From assembly GCA_001776935.1 (NCBI GenBank), contig MFDN01000014.1, positions 65,464 through 129,463 on the forward strand: a stretch of 64,000 nt of DNA. Direction: 5' to 3'. This DNA comes from Candidatus Daviesbacteria bacterium RIFCSPLOWO2_01_FULL_39_23 (GTDB lineage: Bacteria; Patescibacteriota; Microgenomatia; Daviesbacterales; UBA10151). Positions 37,785 to 48,032 of this stretch are shown one piece after another (within the stretch, counting starts at the first letter, position 1; each line of letters begins with the position of its first letter). Made by a program: the position numbers and the translations under genes. A model generated the notes under the pieces. It worked only from the letters and a program-made list of their open reading frames with translations, ran no database searches and was not told the origin of the DNA.

Positions 37785-37873
37785 ATTTGTGCAAAAGACA
37801 GCGCAAATGAATATTAATTTAATAATGCAGAATTAACCGTGAAAATGTCAAGCATTAGATTATTATGGGGTAA

Positions 37874-38353
37874 TTAAGGCATTATTTTTTCCACTTTTTC
37901 CTCTGCTTCTTTTGGATCAATCGGTTTTTTAAGCCTGTAAAATCTTGAAATTACAAAAATCAAGATCGCATAAAAAAGCATGGCAAACAAGGTTGACCAC
38001 TCAATTTCCTGTCTGCCTGTTAAACTTACGGTTGAAGGAAAAAGCCCGATAAAAAGAATGGTAAAAGGTATTGAAATTATATTTATAATAATGCTGAATA
38101 TATTTAACGGATTTGCGCCAAACAGCTTTAGTAAAAACCTTATCAAAAGCAGGGCCTCTATAACCAGCAATATGTACCAAAGAATTTCCTTATATCTGAC
38201 GATTTTTTTCTTTTTTTCATAGTCTATCTGCGGTGACTCCACCTTAATTACAGGTTTCTCTCCGCTTCTTGGCTCAACAACTATTGGTTCTTTAAGAATA
38301 GGTGTATCAATCTGCATACTGTAATTATGCACAAAGAAGCATAATAGACCCAT
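37874..38353 (-). CDS. Hypothetical membrane protein (possibly YggT-like)
   Basis: Two to three TM helices plus charged N- and C-termini. Confidence 0.3.
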   Translation of the reverse strand: MGLLCFFVHNYSMQIDTPILKEPIVVEPRSGEKPVIKVESPQIDYEKKKKIVRYKEILWYILLVIEALLLIRFLLKLFGANPLNIFSIIINIISIPFTILFIGLFPSTVSLTGRQEIEWSTLFAMLFYAILIFVISRFYRLKKPIDPKEAEEKVEKIMP

Positions 38354-38526
38354 AAAAATAGGGTAAGAATCTTGACAGATTTCTTACGCTAATTTGACCT
38401 TTATCTTATGCATCAGGGATATATTAGAAAATAGTTATTCGCTTTTCGCTACTCGCTATTGGCAATTTCTTGCTAAAAGCTAACAGCTAATTGCTAAAGA
38501 CTTATTTTAAAAAGGAGGTGATATAA

Positions 38527-38763
38527 ATGGCAGAGCAAAATATGCAGGACCCATTATCCGCTATATCTAAAGTCAAACACTTAAATCCAATTGCAGCAGC
38601 AGTTGCGGGAGCAGTGGTTGGTGCAGGAGTAGCGATGGCCGGATCAAAAATCATGTCCGATAAAAAAACCAGGGATAAAGTCAGAGATACTTTCCATGAT
38701 GTCAGGGAAAAAATAGCGGACTCGATGGAAAAAGCCGGGCGCAACCTGAAAAAACATCAATAG
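38527..38763 (+). CDS. YtxH-like (DUF948-type) small protein, paralogue of 1599-1868
   Basis: RBS AAAGGAGGTG; AAAVAGAVVGAGVAMAGSKIMSDKKTRDKVRD...; shares KIMSD-KK and Gly/Ala zipper with the other copy. Confidence 0.5.
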   Translation: MAEQNMQDPLSAISKVKHLNPIAAAVAGAVVGAGVAMAGSKIMSDKKTRDKVRDTFHDVREKIADSMEKAGRNLKKHQ

Positions 38764-38809
38764 TCTGATATAGAAGCATTCCGCCGGCTGAATTGCTAAA
38801 AGATTATAT

Positions 38810-39439
38810 TTAAATTTTCCCTTTATACAAGCCACTATTTTTAGTTTGGCTGCCTGTTATATTCCCATCTTTATCAAATTCAAAGATATGGATTTCGCCG
38901 AAATTTAATTCAAGCTTTGAGATATCCTCATCTGAGATATTTTTTAAATACTTTATTAAAGCCCTTAAGCTGTTGCCTGATGAAACTATCAAGACATTTT
39001 TTCCTGATTTTAAATCTTCCAATATTTTTTCCCGAAAAAAGGGGATAACCCGCCCGTATACCTGTTTTAATGATTCGCCTCCGGGAATAAGTTTATCCCA
39101 CTTGCGCCTGATGCTGTTAAACTCCTCCGGACCGACTTCTTTTTCCACTTCCCATTTGTTTTTGCCTGTATAAATTCCATAATCACGCTCATTTAATGCA
39201 GGATCTTTTATAAGGGGAATGGTTAAGCTTAATTCCTTTGCTATCTCATCAAAGGTCTGCGTCACCCTGTCCAAAACAGAAGTATAGGCAGCATCTATTT
39301 TTATACCCTGCAAAGCCACAGCAGCCTCTTTTGCCTGTTTTCTGCCTTCCTCATTTAAAGGAATATTTGTGAGACCATGCCACCTGCCGTTAACATTCCA
39401 GTCTGTTACTCCGTGTCTTACTAAAATTAAAAATGCCAT
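38810..39439 (-). CDS. gpmA: 2,3-bisphosphoglycerate-dependent phosphoglycerate mutase
   Basis: LILVRHGVTDWN (catalytic His in RHG), SGNSLRALIKYL block characteristic of dPGM. Confidence 0.8.
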   Translation of the reverse strand: MAFLILVRHGVTDWNVNGRWHGLTNIPLNEEGRKQAKEAAVALQGIKIDAAYTSVLDRVTQTFDEIAKELSLTIPLIKDPALNERDYGIYTGKNKWEVEKEVGPEEFNSIRRKWDKLIPGGESLKQVYGRVIPFFREKILEDLKSGKNVLIVSSGNSLRALIKYLKNISDEDISKLELNFGEIHIFEFDKDGNITGSQTKNSGLYKGKI

Positions 39440-39448
39440 ATTTTTTAT

Positions 39449-39529
39449 ATGTCATTCCGATCCGCCAGCTGGCGGAGAGGAATCTCTCAACTTGTTTGAG
39501 ATACATTCACTTACGTATCAGGATGACAT
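39449..39529. repeat. MITE-like GC-rich palindromic element abutting the eno stop codon
   Basis: atgtcattccgatccgccagctggcggagagg...ttcacttacg...atcaggatgacat; terminal inverted repeats atgtcat / atgacat; shares ccgccRgctggcgga with 2205-2283 and ttcacttc + termini with 14600-14676. Confidence 0.55.
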
Positions 39530-40704
39530 TAAAAGTTTCTTTCTATCTCTATCAGCCTATTATACTTCGCCAGCCTGACTTCCTGAGTCGGCGCTCCGCT
39601 TTTTAAACCATCTGCCTCCACACCATATGCCAGATCTGCAATAAAACTATCCATAGTTTCGCCTGACCTGTGGGAGATTATCACTTTCCAATTATAACTT
39701 TGCGCAAGCTTGATTGCCTCCAAAGTCTCTGTTACAGATCCAATCTGATTGGGCTTTATTATCACACCTGTTGCGGCTTTTTCTTTCTGAGCCTTATTTA
39801 TAAGATCCGGATTTGTCACGGTTAAATCATCTGCAATTATCCAAATCTTTTCTCCTAAATTTGCGACTATTTTAATAAAGCCGTCTTTATCATCTTCCGA
39901 AAAAGGATCTTCAATGGACAATAGGGGGTAGGAAGTAGCGAGTAGGTTGTAGTAAGACAATAAATCGTCACTGCTTTTAATTTTCCCCCTAAGATTATAT
40001 ATTCTGTTTTCAAAAAATGTAGAGGCAGCCACATCCAAAGCCAAACTGACTTCCGGACCGGTTGCGTTGCGGTTTAGAACCTGCAAACCCACCCTCGGAT
40101 CATCGCTTTTTATAGTTAATGCCCCTTCATCGCCAAGCCTAACCTCCCCAAAGTTTTTTTCAATATCTTCCTGCAGCTTTTCAAAACAATTTTTTGCATA
40201 CTCCAGGCCTTTGGCAGGGGAGGGGAATTTGGTTACTAAAATATACTCCTGAAAAGGCAGGCTGTCCTTGGCATGCAATCCTCCTCCTATTAAATTAAAG
40301 TAAAGATAGGGAAATTTCCGGGGGGTTTTACCCAGTATTTTTGATATTAATTGAAAGCACTGTAAATTCTCAGATTTTGCCAATAGCTTTGTGAAGGCAA
40401 TTGATAAAACTAAAATTAAATTTCCGCCTAAATTGGATTTTTCTTTTGTGCCGTCTGTGCTTATTAAGAAGCCATCAAACTCCCAAACTGTTGGAAAATC
40501 TTTATTTAAGATCTGGTTTTTGATAGTTTCAAATTTAGAAAGCACAAGGCTTGGCTCAAGGGTTGTAGTTTCAAATTTTCCTTTGCTTTTGCCGGCAGGC
40601 ACAGATGCAGATGCCTCAAAATCCCCGGATCTTAAAACAGCTTCCAGTGTATCCTTGTTTCTGGAATCTTTTACTATTCTGATGTTTATATCTGAAATTT
40701 TCAT
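39529..40704 (-). CDS. eno: Enolase (short, divergent)
   Basis: N-terminal DSRNKDTLEAVL...ASVPAGKSKGKFE; C-terminal IIADDLTVTNP, KPNQIGSVTETLEAIKLA, ISHRSGETMDSFIADLA, AKYNRLIEIE all align to canonical enolase blocks. Confidence 0.85.
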   Translation of the reverse strand: MKISDINIRIVKDSRNKDTLEAVLRSGDFEASASVPAGKSKGKFETTTLEPSLVLSKFETIKNQILNKDFPTVWEFDGFLISTDGTKEKSNLGGNLILVLSIAFTKLLAKSENLQCFQLISKILGKTPRKFPYLYFNLIGGGLHAKDSLPFQEYILVTKFPSPAKGLEYAKNCFEKLQEDIEKNFGEVRLGDEGALTIKSDDPRVGLQVLNRNATGPEVSLALDVAASTFFENRIYNLRGKIKSSDDLLSYYNLLATSYPLLSIEDPFSEDDKDGFIKIVANLGEKIWIIADDLTVTNPDLINKAQKEKAATGVIIKPNQIGSVTETLEAIKLAQSYNWKVIISHRSGETMDSFIADLAYGVEADGLKSGAPTQEVRLAKYNRLIEIERNF

Positions 40705-43061
40705 TCTTGTGAACGGATCGCCTGCATGGTGGAAATCACCGAGTCCGGATTAAGGGACATGCTTTCAATGCCAATGCTTACTAAAAATTTTGCAAAATCC
40801 GGATAATCAGAAGGCGCCTGCCCGCAGATTCCGATATATTTGCCTCTTTTTTTGCAGACTTTAACAACTTCACTTATCAGCTGTTTAACAGATTCATCAT
40901 TTTCATTGGCAATGCCTTTTACTTTTTCGTTTCCGTCCCGGTCAATCCCAAGCGCCAGCTGAGTTAAGTCATTTGACCCGATACTCATGCCGTCAAAAAT
41001 ATCTAAAAACTTATCAGCAAGAATTACATTAGCAGGAATTTCACACATCACATAGACTTTTAACCCATCATCTCTTTTAAGTCCATTTTGCTCCATAATC
41101 TTAATAACTTTTTCTCCCTCCTGCGGAGTCCTGCAAAAAGGAATCATAACAACTAAATTCTTAAGCCCCATTTCATTTCTCACATTTTTAACCGCCTCAA
41201 CTTCCAGTTTAAAAGCCGGCAAAAAAGCTTCATTGTAGTAGCGGGACGCGCCTCTCCAGCCGATCATCGGATTTTCCTCTGACGGTTCAAACAAATAACC
41301 CCCAAGCAAAGAGCGGTACTCATTAGTTTTAAAATCCGAAAACCGCAAAATCACCGGTTTTGGATAAAAAGCTGCAGCGATTTTTGCAATGCCGTAGGAT
41401 AACTTATCAATATAAAACTTCGTTTTGTTTTTATACCCTAGTGTTTTACGGTCCACAGCTTCTTTTACCGCTTTTGGAAGTTTGTCATAATTTATTAAAG
41501 ACAGCGGATGAATCCCGATATCAGAGGCGATTATAAATTCTTCCCTTGCAAGACCAACTCCACTGTTTGGCAGGAATGATTTTTCAAAGGCGGTTTCCGG
41601 TGTGGCAATGTTCATCATTATGTGAGTTTTCACCGGTCTGATATTGCGGATATCATGTTCTGTTACTTTAAATTTCAATTGTCCTTTAAAAACTATCCCT
41701 TCTTCGCCTGTACAATCCACAGTTATCATTTCGCCTTTTTTAATTTTAGATGTTGCATTTTTGCAGCCGACAATTGCGGGGATTCCCAGCTCACGGGAAA
41801 CTATGGCTGCATGAGAGGTTCTTCCGCCCTGATCAGTTACAATGGCAGAGGCAATTTTCATAATCGGTTCCCAATCAGGGTCTGTCATTTTGGTTATTAA
41901 CACCTCACCGGCTCCAAAGGTGGAAATATCTTTCGGATCAATGATAATTTTTGCTTTGCCGGTTGAGATTTTATTTCCAACTGATGCGCCTTTTACTATT
42001 TCCTGGCCGTTTTCCAGCCTGACATACTCTTTTATGACCGAGAAATTTCTTTCTGCATGAATGGTTTCCGGTCTAGCCTGCACAATGTACAATTTTCCGT
42101 CCAGTCCGTCTTTGGCCCACTCCGTATCCATCGGCGTCCACTTTTTACTAACCTTACTGTAATGCTCCTCAATTTGCATTCCCCAGCCGGCAAGTTCTTT
42201 GATTTCCTTATCAGAAAGCGTAAATGTTTGTTTTTCCTGTTTTGAGGTTTCAACAATACGGGTTGGCTTATCCTCGCCATAAATCATTTTCTCATCTTTC
42301 ACACCCAGCTTTTTTTCTATAATGGCAGAAGTTTGTTTAAAAACTAAAAATTCATCAGGCGTCACTTTTCCCTGCACTATCATCTCCCCCAAGCCCCATG
42401 AAGAATTTATCAAAACCAAGTCTTTAAAACCTGATTCCGTATCCAAAGTAAACATTACTCCGGAGCATGCCAAATCAGAACGGATCATTTTTTGCACACC
42501 CACAGAAAGATATACCTTAAGATGATCAAAACCTTTATCCTCCCTATATGAAATTGCCCGGGCAGTAAACAGAGAAGCCATCGCCTTTCTAATTGCTGCT
42601 AAGATATTATCCACACCCCTGATGTTTAAATAAGTCTCATGTTCGCCGGCAAAAGACGCTCCGGGTAAGTCTTCTGCTGTTGCAGAAGACCGCACCGCAA
42701 AACTTACACCAGTACCGTATCTTTTTTCGTAAATTTTATGAGCAGCTTTAATTTCTTCTTCAAGTTCTTTGGGGAAAGGAGTTTGTAAAAACTTATTTAT
42801 TATATTTTTGGAGATTTGAGCCAACCCTTCCAGGTGTCCTTTTACAAATTTGTCTATCTGCTCCTTAATATAACTTTCTAAACCTGTTTCTGATAAGAAA
42901 AATCTATACGCTGTAGCAGTTACCGCATAACCTGAGGGGACCAGAATTCCACTACCTGCTAAAGATCCTATCATCTCACCCAAAGAAGCATTTTTGCCTC
43001 CAACTTCGGTAACATCTTCTATGGAAATCTGCTCAAAGGGGATTATAAACTTACCGGCCAT
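40701..43061 (-). CDS. ppsA: Phosphoenolpyruvate synthase (PEP-utilising enzyme)
   Basis: N-terminal VGGKNASLGEM, phospho-His domain ITKMTDPDWEPIM...TDQGGRTSHAAIVSRELGIPAIVGC, C-terminal PEP/pyruvate TIM-barrel; ~785 aa from ATG at 43061. Confidence 0.85.
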   Translation of the reverse strand: MAGKFIIPFEQISIEDVTEVGGKNASLGEMIGSLAGSGILVPSGYAVTATAYRFFLSETGLESYIKEQIDKFVKGHLEGLAQISKNIINKFLQTPFPKELEEEIKAAHKIYEKRYGTGVSFAVRSSATAEDLPGASFAGEHETYLNIRGVDNILAAIRKAMASLFTARAISYREDKGFDHLKVYLSVGVQKMIRSDLACSGVMFTLDTESGFKDLVLINSSWGLGEMIVQGKVTPDEFLVFKQTSAIIEKKLGVKDEKMIYGEDKPTRIVETSKQEKQTFTLSDKEIKELAGWGMQIEEHYSKVSKKWTPMDTEWAKDGLDGKLYIVQARPETIHAERNFSVIKEYVRLENGQEIVKGASVGNKISTGKAKIIIDPKDISTFGAGEVLITKMTDPDWEPIMKIASAIVTDQGGRTSHAAIVSRELGIPAIVGCKNATSKIKKGEMITVDCTGEEGIVFKGQLKFKVTEHDIRNIRPVKTHIMMNIATPETAFEKSFLPNSGVGLAREEFIIASDIGIHPLSLINYDKLPKAVKEAVDRKTLGYKNKTKFYIDKLSYGIAKIAAAFYPKPVILRFSDFKTNEYRSLLGGYLFEPSEENPMIGWRGASRYYNEAFLPAFKLEVEAVKNVRNEMGLKNLVVMIPFCRTPQEGEKVIKIMEQNGLKRDDGLKVYVMCEIPANVILADKFLDIFDGMSIGSNDLTQLALGIDRDGNEKVKGIANENDESVKQLISEVVKVCKKRGKYIGICGQAPSDYPDFAKFLVSIGIESMSLNPDSVISTMQAIRSQE

Positions 43062-43092
43062 TAATTTATATTCTACTAAACAGCTGTGAAAA

Positions 43093-46000
43093 TCAATAAG
43101 ACATCTTTTCCTCTGCAAATAGTTCAGCCTGTCTTAATATATTTTCTGCAGCATAAGGGCGCAAACCTTCCGGATACCCGTACTGCCTTATGGTTCTTCT
43201 TATTATTAACCATAGATTGGATTTGGCGCTTACTTTAATTGGCCAATTTTCTACCGCATTGGCTTTTATGCGCGCTGTAATCAGTTTAGCCAATTCCTGA
43301 ATTTTTTCTACTCCCAGCTGTTCTCTTGCGTTCTTATTGATGGCAAGAATATCAAAATAAGCAAGCTCTTCTTCTGATAAACCTAAATTACTATATTTAA
43401 ACTGCTTACCGATTTTCTCTTTTGAATTTATTAAATCCGCTATGATTTTATCCACTTTCAAATTATACTCCCTGTGTTTTTGCAGGCCCTTTTTAAGGGT
43501 ATCTGACAAATCCGTTTCCGCTCTTTTTACTTTGATAAATTCTTCAATAATCTCGTTCTCAATTGAACGGTTCTGAAGCTTTTCTATCAGACTTTGTATT
43601 TTCCTTGCCAAAAACTCCGGAGATTCATCCTTCTTTTCTATTAAAGTAGCAAGCTCTTCAATAATTTCGTTGGTGATAAGATTATGCTCTTTGAGTTTTG
43701 GAATAATATCTTCATATATTTGGGACAATTCTTCATTTGATTTTTCATCAAATATAAACTTTAGAACACTCACTCCTTCTGACCCGCGAAGCTCTTTGGC
43801 AAACGAAGCCAACGAATCAACAGCCGGACCGGGCGCCAAAATCTTATCATTATATTTCCTTATAATATCCTCAAGAATTTCTGCCAATTTTTTGCCGCGG
43901 GTGAGATTTTTCTTAGCTTTTGCGCGCAGTGCATCTATAAGAATTTTTTTTAATAACTCAAAAGCGGTTTTTTCCCGCACCATACCTTTTGCTTCTCCTA
44001 AAAACTCGTCCGAGAGAAGTATTATGTCGGTACCTCTTATCCTGACATCTGTGTGTCCCCCATGCTGCGTTGTTTCCACTTCTCCTCCTATAGACTTATT
44101 TTGATACCATTTTAGTTCTATTTGCCGGAAATCTAACCCGGCAGCCTCTGTTGCATCCAAAACATCAGGAACCTCTTCATCTGCTATTTGCCTAATAACA
44201 GTTTCTTCTCCAATTTCCAAAATATCACTATCCTTGGGCTCAAATTTCAGCATTCTCATCTTAAGGGCCTGGAAAAATCTTAATTTACCTTTTATATCTA
44301 AGGCTTTAGGATGCGGGTAAGACATTACAAACCAGCCGGATAAAAGGTCAACTTCTTTTATAAACCTATTCTTGCCGTCTTTAAGGCCAAAAATATGCTC
44401 CTGCGCATCCAGCAGAATGTTAAGCTTTTGTGATTCTGCGGAAAAATACGGCTGGTAATCAAACGGGTCAAACATTGAATGGACAATTTGAAATTTTTCT
44501 ATCATTTTTAAAACTGCTTCTCCCAAGTCATCTACCGGATCTCCTTCGCCACCGCTTGCAATATATTCCTGTTGAGCTTTCTTGAATTGGGATAAAAGAC
44601 CAATATAATCAACAATTAACCCGCCTGGTTTATCTTTAAAAATCTGATTAACCCGTGCTGTGATTTGCATAAGTTTATGTCCGTGCATAGGTTTATCAAT
44701 ATATAAAGTATGCAGGGCAAGAGCATCAAAACAAGTCAGCCAAACATCGCAAACAATCACTATTTTTAAACTGTCGCCCGGATCATTAAGACGCTCACCC
44801 AATTTCTTTCTTTCCTCCAGGGAGTAAATTGAACTTAAAACAGCCTTAATTGCACCCTTATTTAAATCTTCATCATGCCAGGATGGACGAAGTTTGATAA
44901 TTTCATCATAAAGTCTCAAAGCAAGCGGCGGATGCAAAGCAACTATCATGCCTTTGCCTTCAAAAAAGCGGGTGCGGTTTTCAAAATGAGCCACAATATC
45001 AGCCGCCGCCTGCCGGACTCTGTCAGTATTTCCCAGGGCTTTCTCAAGCTGTTCTAAAGCGTTTTTAACCTTTTGAGAAGGAGCATTTTGCCCCTCCATC
45101 AATGATTCAACATTTTCATCATATTTAAGCAACTCTTCCTGTTTTAGGTGAAATTTCGGAAGTCCTGAGTGATAATAGACCCTGACGGTAGTACCATCTT
45201 CAACCGATCTTGCAACATCATAAATATCGATATAGCTCCCAAAAACTTTTAAGGTTAAATAGTCTTCTTTTTCAGCCGGTGTACCTGTAAATCCAATAAA
45301 ACAGGCATTCGGCAAAGCAGGGCGGATAAATTTATCAAAAACCTGTGCGCTTTTTTTTATTTCTTCCGCAATAACAATAATATTATTCCTTACCGATAAA
45401 ATGCCGTGATTTTTTTCAGAAAAATTATCTATCGGGCTAAAAATAATGCCGCCGCCTAAAGCAGCAAGAAGTCCTGTTAAATGCGCCTGGTTTTGCGCAA
45501 CTTTAACTTCCTGATGTAGGAGTTGATTACAGGAAGTTAAAGTTTCAAGCAGATGGAAATCCGGATCACCCGGATCAGGAATAACCAGGATTGTGGGCTT
45601 ATTTAAGAATAGGGAAACTTTACCGATATAAAACACTATGGAATAAGATTTACCGCTGCCCTGGGTATGCCATACTAAACCTGCTTTTTTGTTATCCATA
45701 AACCGACGGTTGGAAGAAAACTGCTCACTTGTTGACTCAACTGCTTTATTAACGCCGTTATACTGATGATAAAAAGCTACTTTTTTAGTTGATTTTTCAA
45801 AGACAATAAAGTGCTTGATTAAGTCCAGTAAAACTTCTCTATTTAGCATCTCGCAGATCATTGTCTCAAGCGAAGAAACAGACAAATTTTGACGCCTGTA
45901 TCCATGTCTGGATTTCCAAGCTAAGAATCTCGAGTAAGTAGATGTTATCGTTCCTGCTCTTGCATCTTTCCCGTCAGATATAACAAGAAGACTATTATAG

Positions 46001-46551
46001 TAAAAAATTGAGGGTATAGTCTTTTTGAAATCATGCATTCTGCTAAAGGTACACAAAAAAGCCGCCTCGCCTCCCGGACTGCCAAGTTCTATCACAATAA
46101 GAGGCAGCCCGTTAATAAAGAGAATAATGTTTACTCTTTTCTTATTATGTTTCTCAAATACGCTAAACTGGTTAGTAACAATAAATTCGTTATTTTCAGG
46201 ATTGCCAAAATCCACAATTTGCAAATTTCCAAAGCCAGGCATCTCAATACCGTTTGTTAGAATCTTATGAAAGGCTTCATTAATCCCTTCTGTCTGCAGA
46301 TTAAAAATTTCTTTAGCGGCTTTAACTTTCACTTCCTCAGGAACGCTTGGGTTTAAACGGTCTATTGCTATATGAAGTCTGTTTTTAAGTATTACTTCTT
46401 CTAAGTTTTCCCTTTCAAACTCAGCATCATCAGGCGACAGGTAACTAAATCCCTGAATTTTTAAAAGTTCCACAAGGTTTTTTTCTTCTTCTGATTCAAA
46501 AATTGCCGGCATAAAATATTGGCAGTTTTCAGGGTAGCCCAAATAGATCAA
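43093..46551 (-). CDS. hsdR: Solitary type I restriction enzyme HsdR-like helicase-nuclease homologue (apparently degenerate catalytic motifs)
   Basis: HsdR N-terminal block (FSYLSPDDAEFERENLEEVILKNRLHIAIDRLNP), nuclease block NIILFINGLPLIVIELGS, SF2 motif I WHTQGSGKSYS, motif III GFTGTP, C-terminal DUF3387-like region with YFDILA and QYGYPEG. No hsdM/hsdS within the window. Confidence 0.65.
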   Translation of the reverse strand: MIYLGYPENCQYFMPAIFESEEEKNLVELLKIQGFSYLSPDDAEFERENLEEVILKNRLHIAIDRLNPSVPEEVKVKAAKEIFNLQTEGINEAFHKILTNGIEMPGFGNLQIVDFGNPENNEFIVTNQFSVFEKHNKKRVNIILFINGLPLIVIELGSPGGEAAFLCTFSRMHDFKKTIPSIFYYNSLLVISDGKDARAGTITSTYSRFLAWKSRHGYRRQNLSVSSLETMICEMLNREVLLDLIKHFIVFEKSTKKVAFYHQYNGVNKAVESTSEQFSSNRRFMDNKKAGLVWHTQGSGKSYSIVFYIGKVSLFLNKPTILVIPDPGDPDFHLLETLTSCNQLLHQEVKVAQNQAHLTGLLAALGGGIIFSPIDNFSEKNHGILSVRNNIIVIAEEIKKSAQVFDKFIRPALPNACFIGFTGTPAEKEDYLTLKVFGSYIDIYDVARSVEDGTTVRVYYHSGLPKFHLKQEELLKYDENVESLMEGQNAPSQKVKNALEQLEKALGNTDRVRQAAADIVAHFENRTRFFEGKGMIVALHPPLALRLYDEIIKLRPSWHDEDLNKGAIKAVLSSIYSLEERKKLGERLNDPGDSLKIVIVCDVWLTCFDALALHTLYIDKPMHGHKLMQITARVNQIFKDKPGGLIVDYIGLLSQFKKAQQEYIASGGEGDPVDDLGEAVLKMIEKFQIVHSMFDPFDYQPYFSAESQKLNILLDAQEHIFGLKDGKNRFIKEVDLLSGWFVMSYPHPKALDIKGKLRFFQALKMRMLKFEPKDSDILEIGEETVIRQIADEEVPDVLDATEAAGLDFRQIELKWYQNKSIGGEVETTQHGGHTDVRIRGTDIILLSDEFLGEAKGMVREKTAFELLKKILIDALRAKAKKNLTRGKKLAEILEDIIRKYNDKILAPGPAVDSLASFAKELRGSEGVSVLKFIFDEKSNEELSQIYEDIIPKLKEHNLITNEIIEELATLIEKKDESPEFLARKIQSLIEKLQNRSIENEIIEEFIKVKRAETDLSDTLKKGLQKHREYNLKVDKIIADLINSKEKIGKQFKYSNLGLSEEELAYFDILAINKNAREQLGVEKIQELAKLITARIKANAVENWPIKVSAKSNLWLIIRRTIRQYGYPEGLRPYAAENILRQAELFAEEKMSY

Positions 46552-46680
46552 CCCTTAGTAAATATTGTGTAAGAGAAGGGATAAAGCCGCATATGTTCGT
46601 TTAAGTTTCTTACCTTAAATTTATTTTCTTCTCATAATTTCATGTTAAATTATTCTCATATTATTGGAGGTGATAAAAAA

Positions 46681-46827
46681 ATGGGACTTTTAGAACTGCT
46701 CGCATTAATATTGGTTATTGCCTGGATTGCAGGCTTTAGCTTTAACATAGCCGGCCCGCTAATTCATATTTTATTGGTACTGGCAATAATAACTTTTTTA
46801 CTAAGGTTTATCCGAAGACAGGTATGA
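46681..46827 (+). CDS. lmo0937-family small membrane protein
   Basis: MGLLELLALILVIAWIAGFSFNIAGPLIHILLVLAIITFLLRFIR, 48 aa, RBS GGAGGTGA. Confidence 0.5.
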   Translation: MGLLELLALILVIAWIAGFSFNIAGPLIHILLVLAIITFLLRFIRRQV

Positions 46828-47940
46828 TTTTCGGGTTACATACCAAGCCGCAAGAACTGTAACCAACGGTACGGCTAAAATTAGGCCGACGCTGCCTGAA
46901 ATAGTCCTGACAATTTCATCAAAAATTGTCTCGCTGTTTAGGATCACCCAGTAAGGGTGTTTTGCCGGATTTAGTATGAAGAAAATTAAAACCACCAAAG
47001 AAGCTCCGGCGTAGGCCAAAACTAAAGTATTAACCAAAGAAACAATATGCTCCCTTCCTATTAAAAAGCCTTTTTTTATAAGTTTTGAGAATTTAATTCT
47101 TGCATCATCTTTGGCCATTTCAAAAATCGTTGCCGATTGGGTGGTGGTGATGTCATTAAGCGCACCCAGAGTACCGATGATTATTCCCCCTAAGAGTAAT
47201 CCCTGTAGATTAATTCCTGCTGTTGCAGGACCAAGCTGTAAAGAGTACGCATCCTCACTTCCCAGACCCGAAAGCCTTGTCAGATTAACCATAAATATAG
47301 AAAGAAATGCCGTAACCATCAGAGAAAAGAAGGTGCAAATTAAAGCGACAGTTGTTTGCTTAGAAACTCCATGAGCCAGGTATGTTGTAACAAATAAGAT
47401 AACCAAAGATCCTGTAATGCTTATAAAAAGCGGATCCCTGCCATGCAGAATATTGGGAACAATCCAAATAAAAATTACAAGCAAACTAATTATCAACCCA
47501 AGCAGGGAGCCAATGCCTTTTTTGCCGGCTATGAGAATTATCAATATACAAAAAGCAATGAGTAAAAAGGGGAGAGTGTCCAATCTGTATTTATCGGCAA
47601 TAAAATATTTTTCCTCAGGCCCGGAGTTTGTGATTTTACTCAAAATCACAGTATCTCCCTTTGCAACTTTCTGCGAAACAGTAATATTCACCATTCCGCC
47701 GTTTGTCATACTGATGATTTTTCCGGGTTCAGCTCCATCAAGGAATTGCACCTTAATATCCTGAAAAATACTTTTAAAACCAAACTCCTCTTTTTCTCCT
47801 TCGTTGTCAATGCTGATGACCTCTGCTTTAAAAAATTCCTGCTTGGGTGGCTCCTGAAGCTCCTGGGCATTAACCCTATGCGGCAAAACCAGCAAAAATA
47901 GTATAAAAAGAGTTAATGTGAGGATTTTTTGCATGCTCAA
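46801..47940 (-). CDS. Polytopic membrane protein with N-terminal extracytoplasmic domain (YibE/F-like)
   Basis: Signal peptide, ~130-aa soluble domain, then 7-8 TM helices. Confidence 0.35.
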   Translation of the reverse strand: MSMQKILTLTLFILFLLVLPHRVNAQELQEPPKQEFFKAEVISIDNEGEKEEFGFKSIFQDIKVQFLDGAEPGKIISMTNGGMVNITVSQKVAKGDTVILSKITNSGPEEKYFIADKYRLDTLPFLLIAFCILIILIAGKKGIGSLLGLIISLLVIFIWIVPNILHGRDPLFISITGSLVILFVTTYLAHGVSKQTTVALICTFFSLMVTAFLSIFMVNLTRLSGLGSEDAYSLQLGPATAGINLQGLLLGGIIIGTLGALNDITTTQSATIFEMAKDDARIKFSKLIKKGFLIGREHIVSLVNTLVLAYAGASLVVLIFFILNPAKHPYWVILNSETIFDEIVRTISGSVGLILAVPLVTVLAAWYVTRKSYLSSDKP

Positions 47941-48032
47941 AAGCTTACCCCAAAACAGTGATTAGTATAGCATAAGCCTATAAATTTATACTGTTTTTGG
48001 ATATACACTCCTTATTAAATTATAGGATATCC

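Noticed and set aside
39369-39578. 69-aa plus-strand ORF spanning the gpmA-eno spacer
   Set aside because: Runs through the MITE-like palindromic element and into the eno 3' end on the wrong strand.
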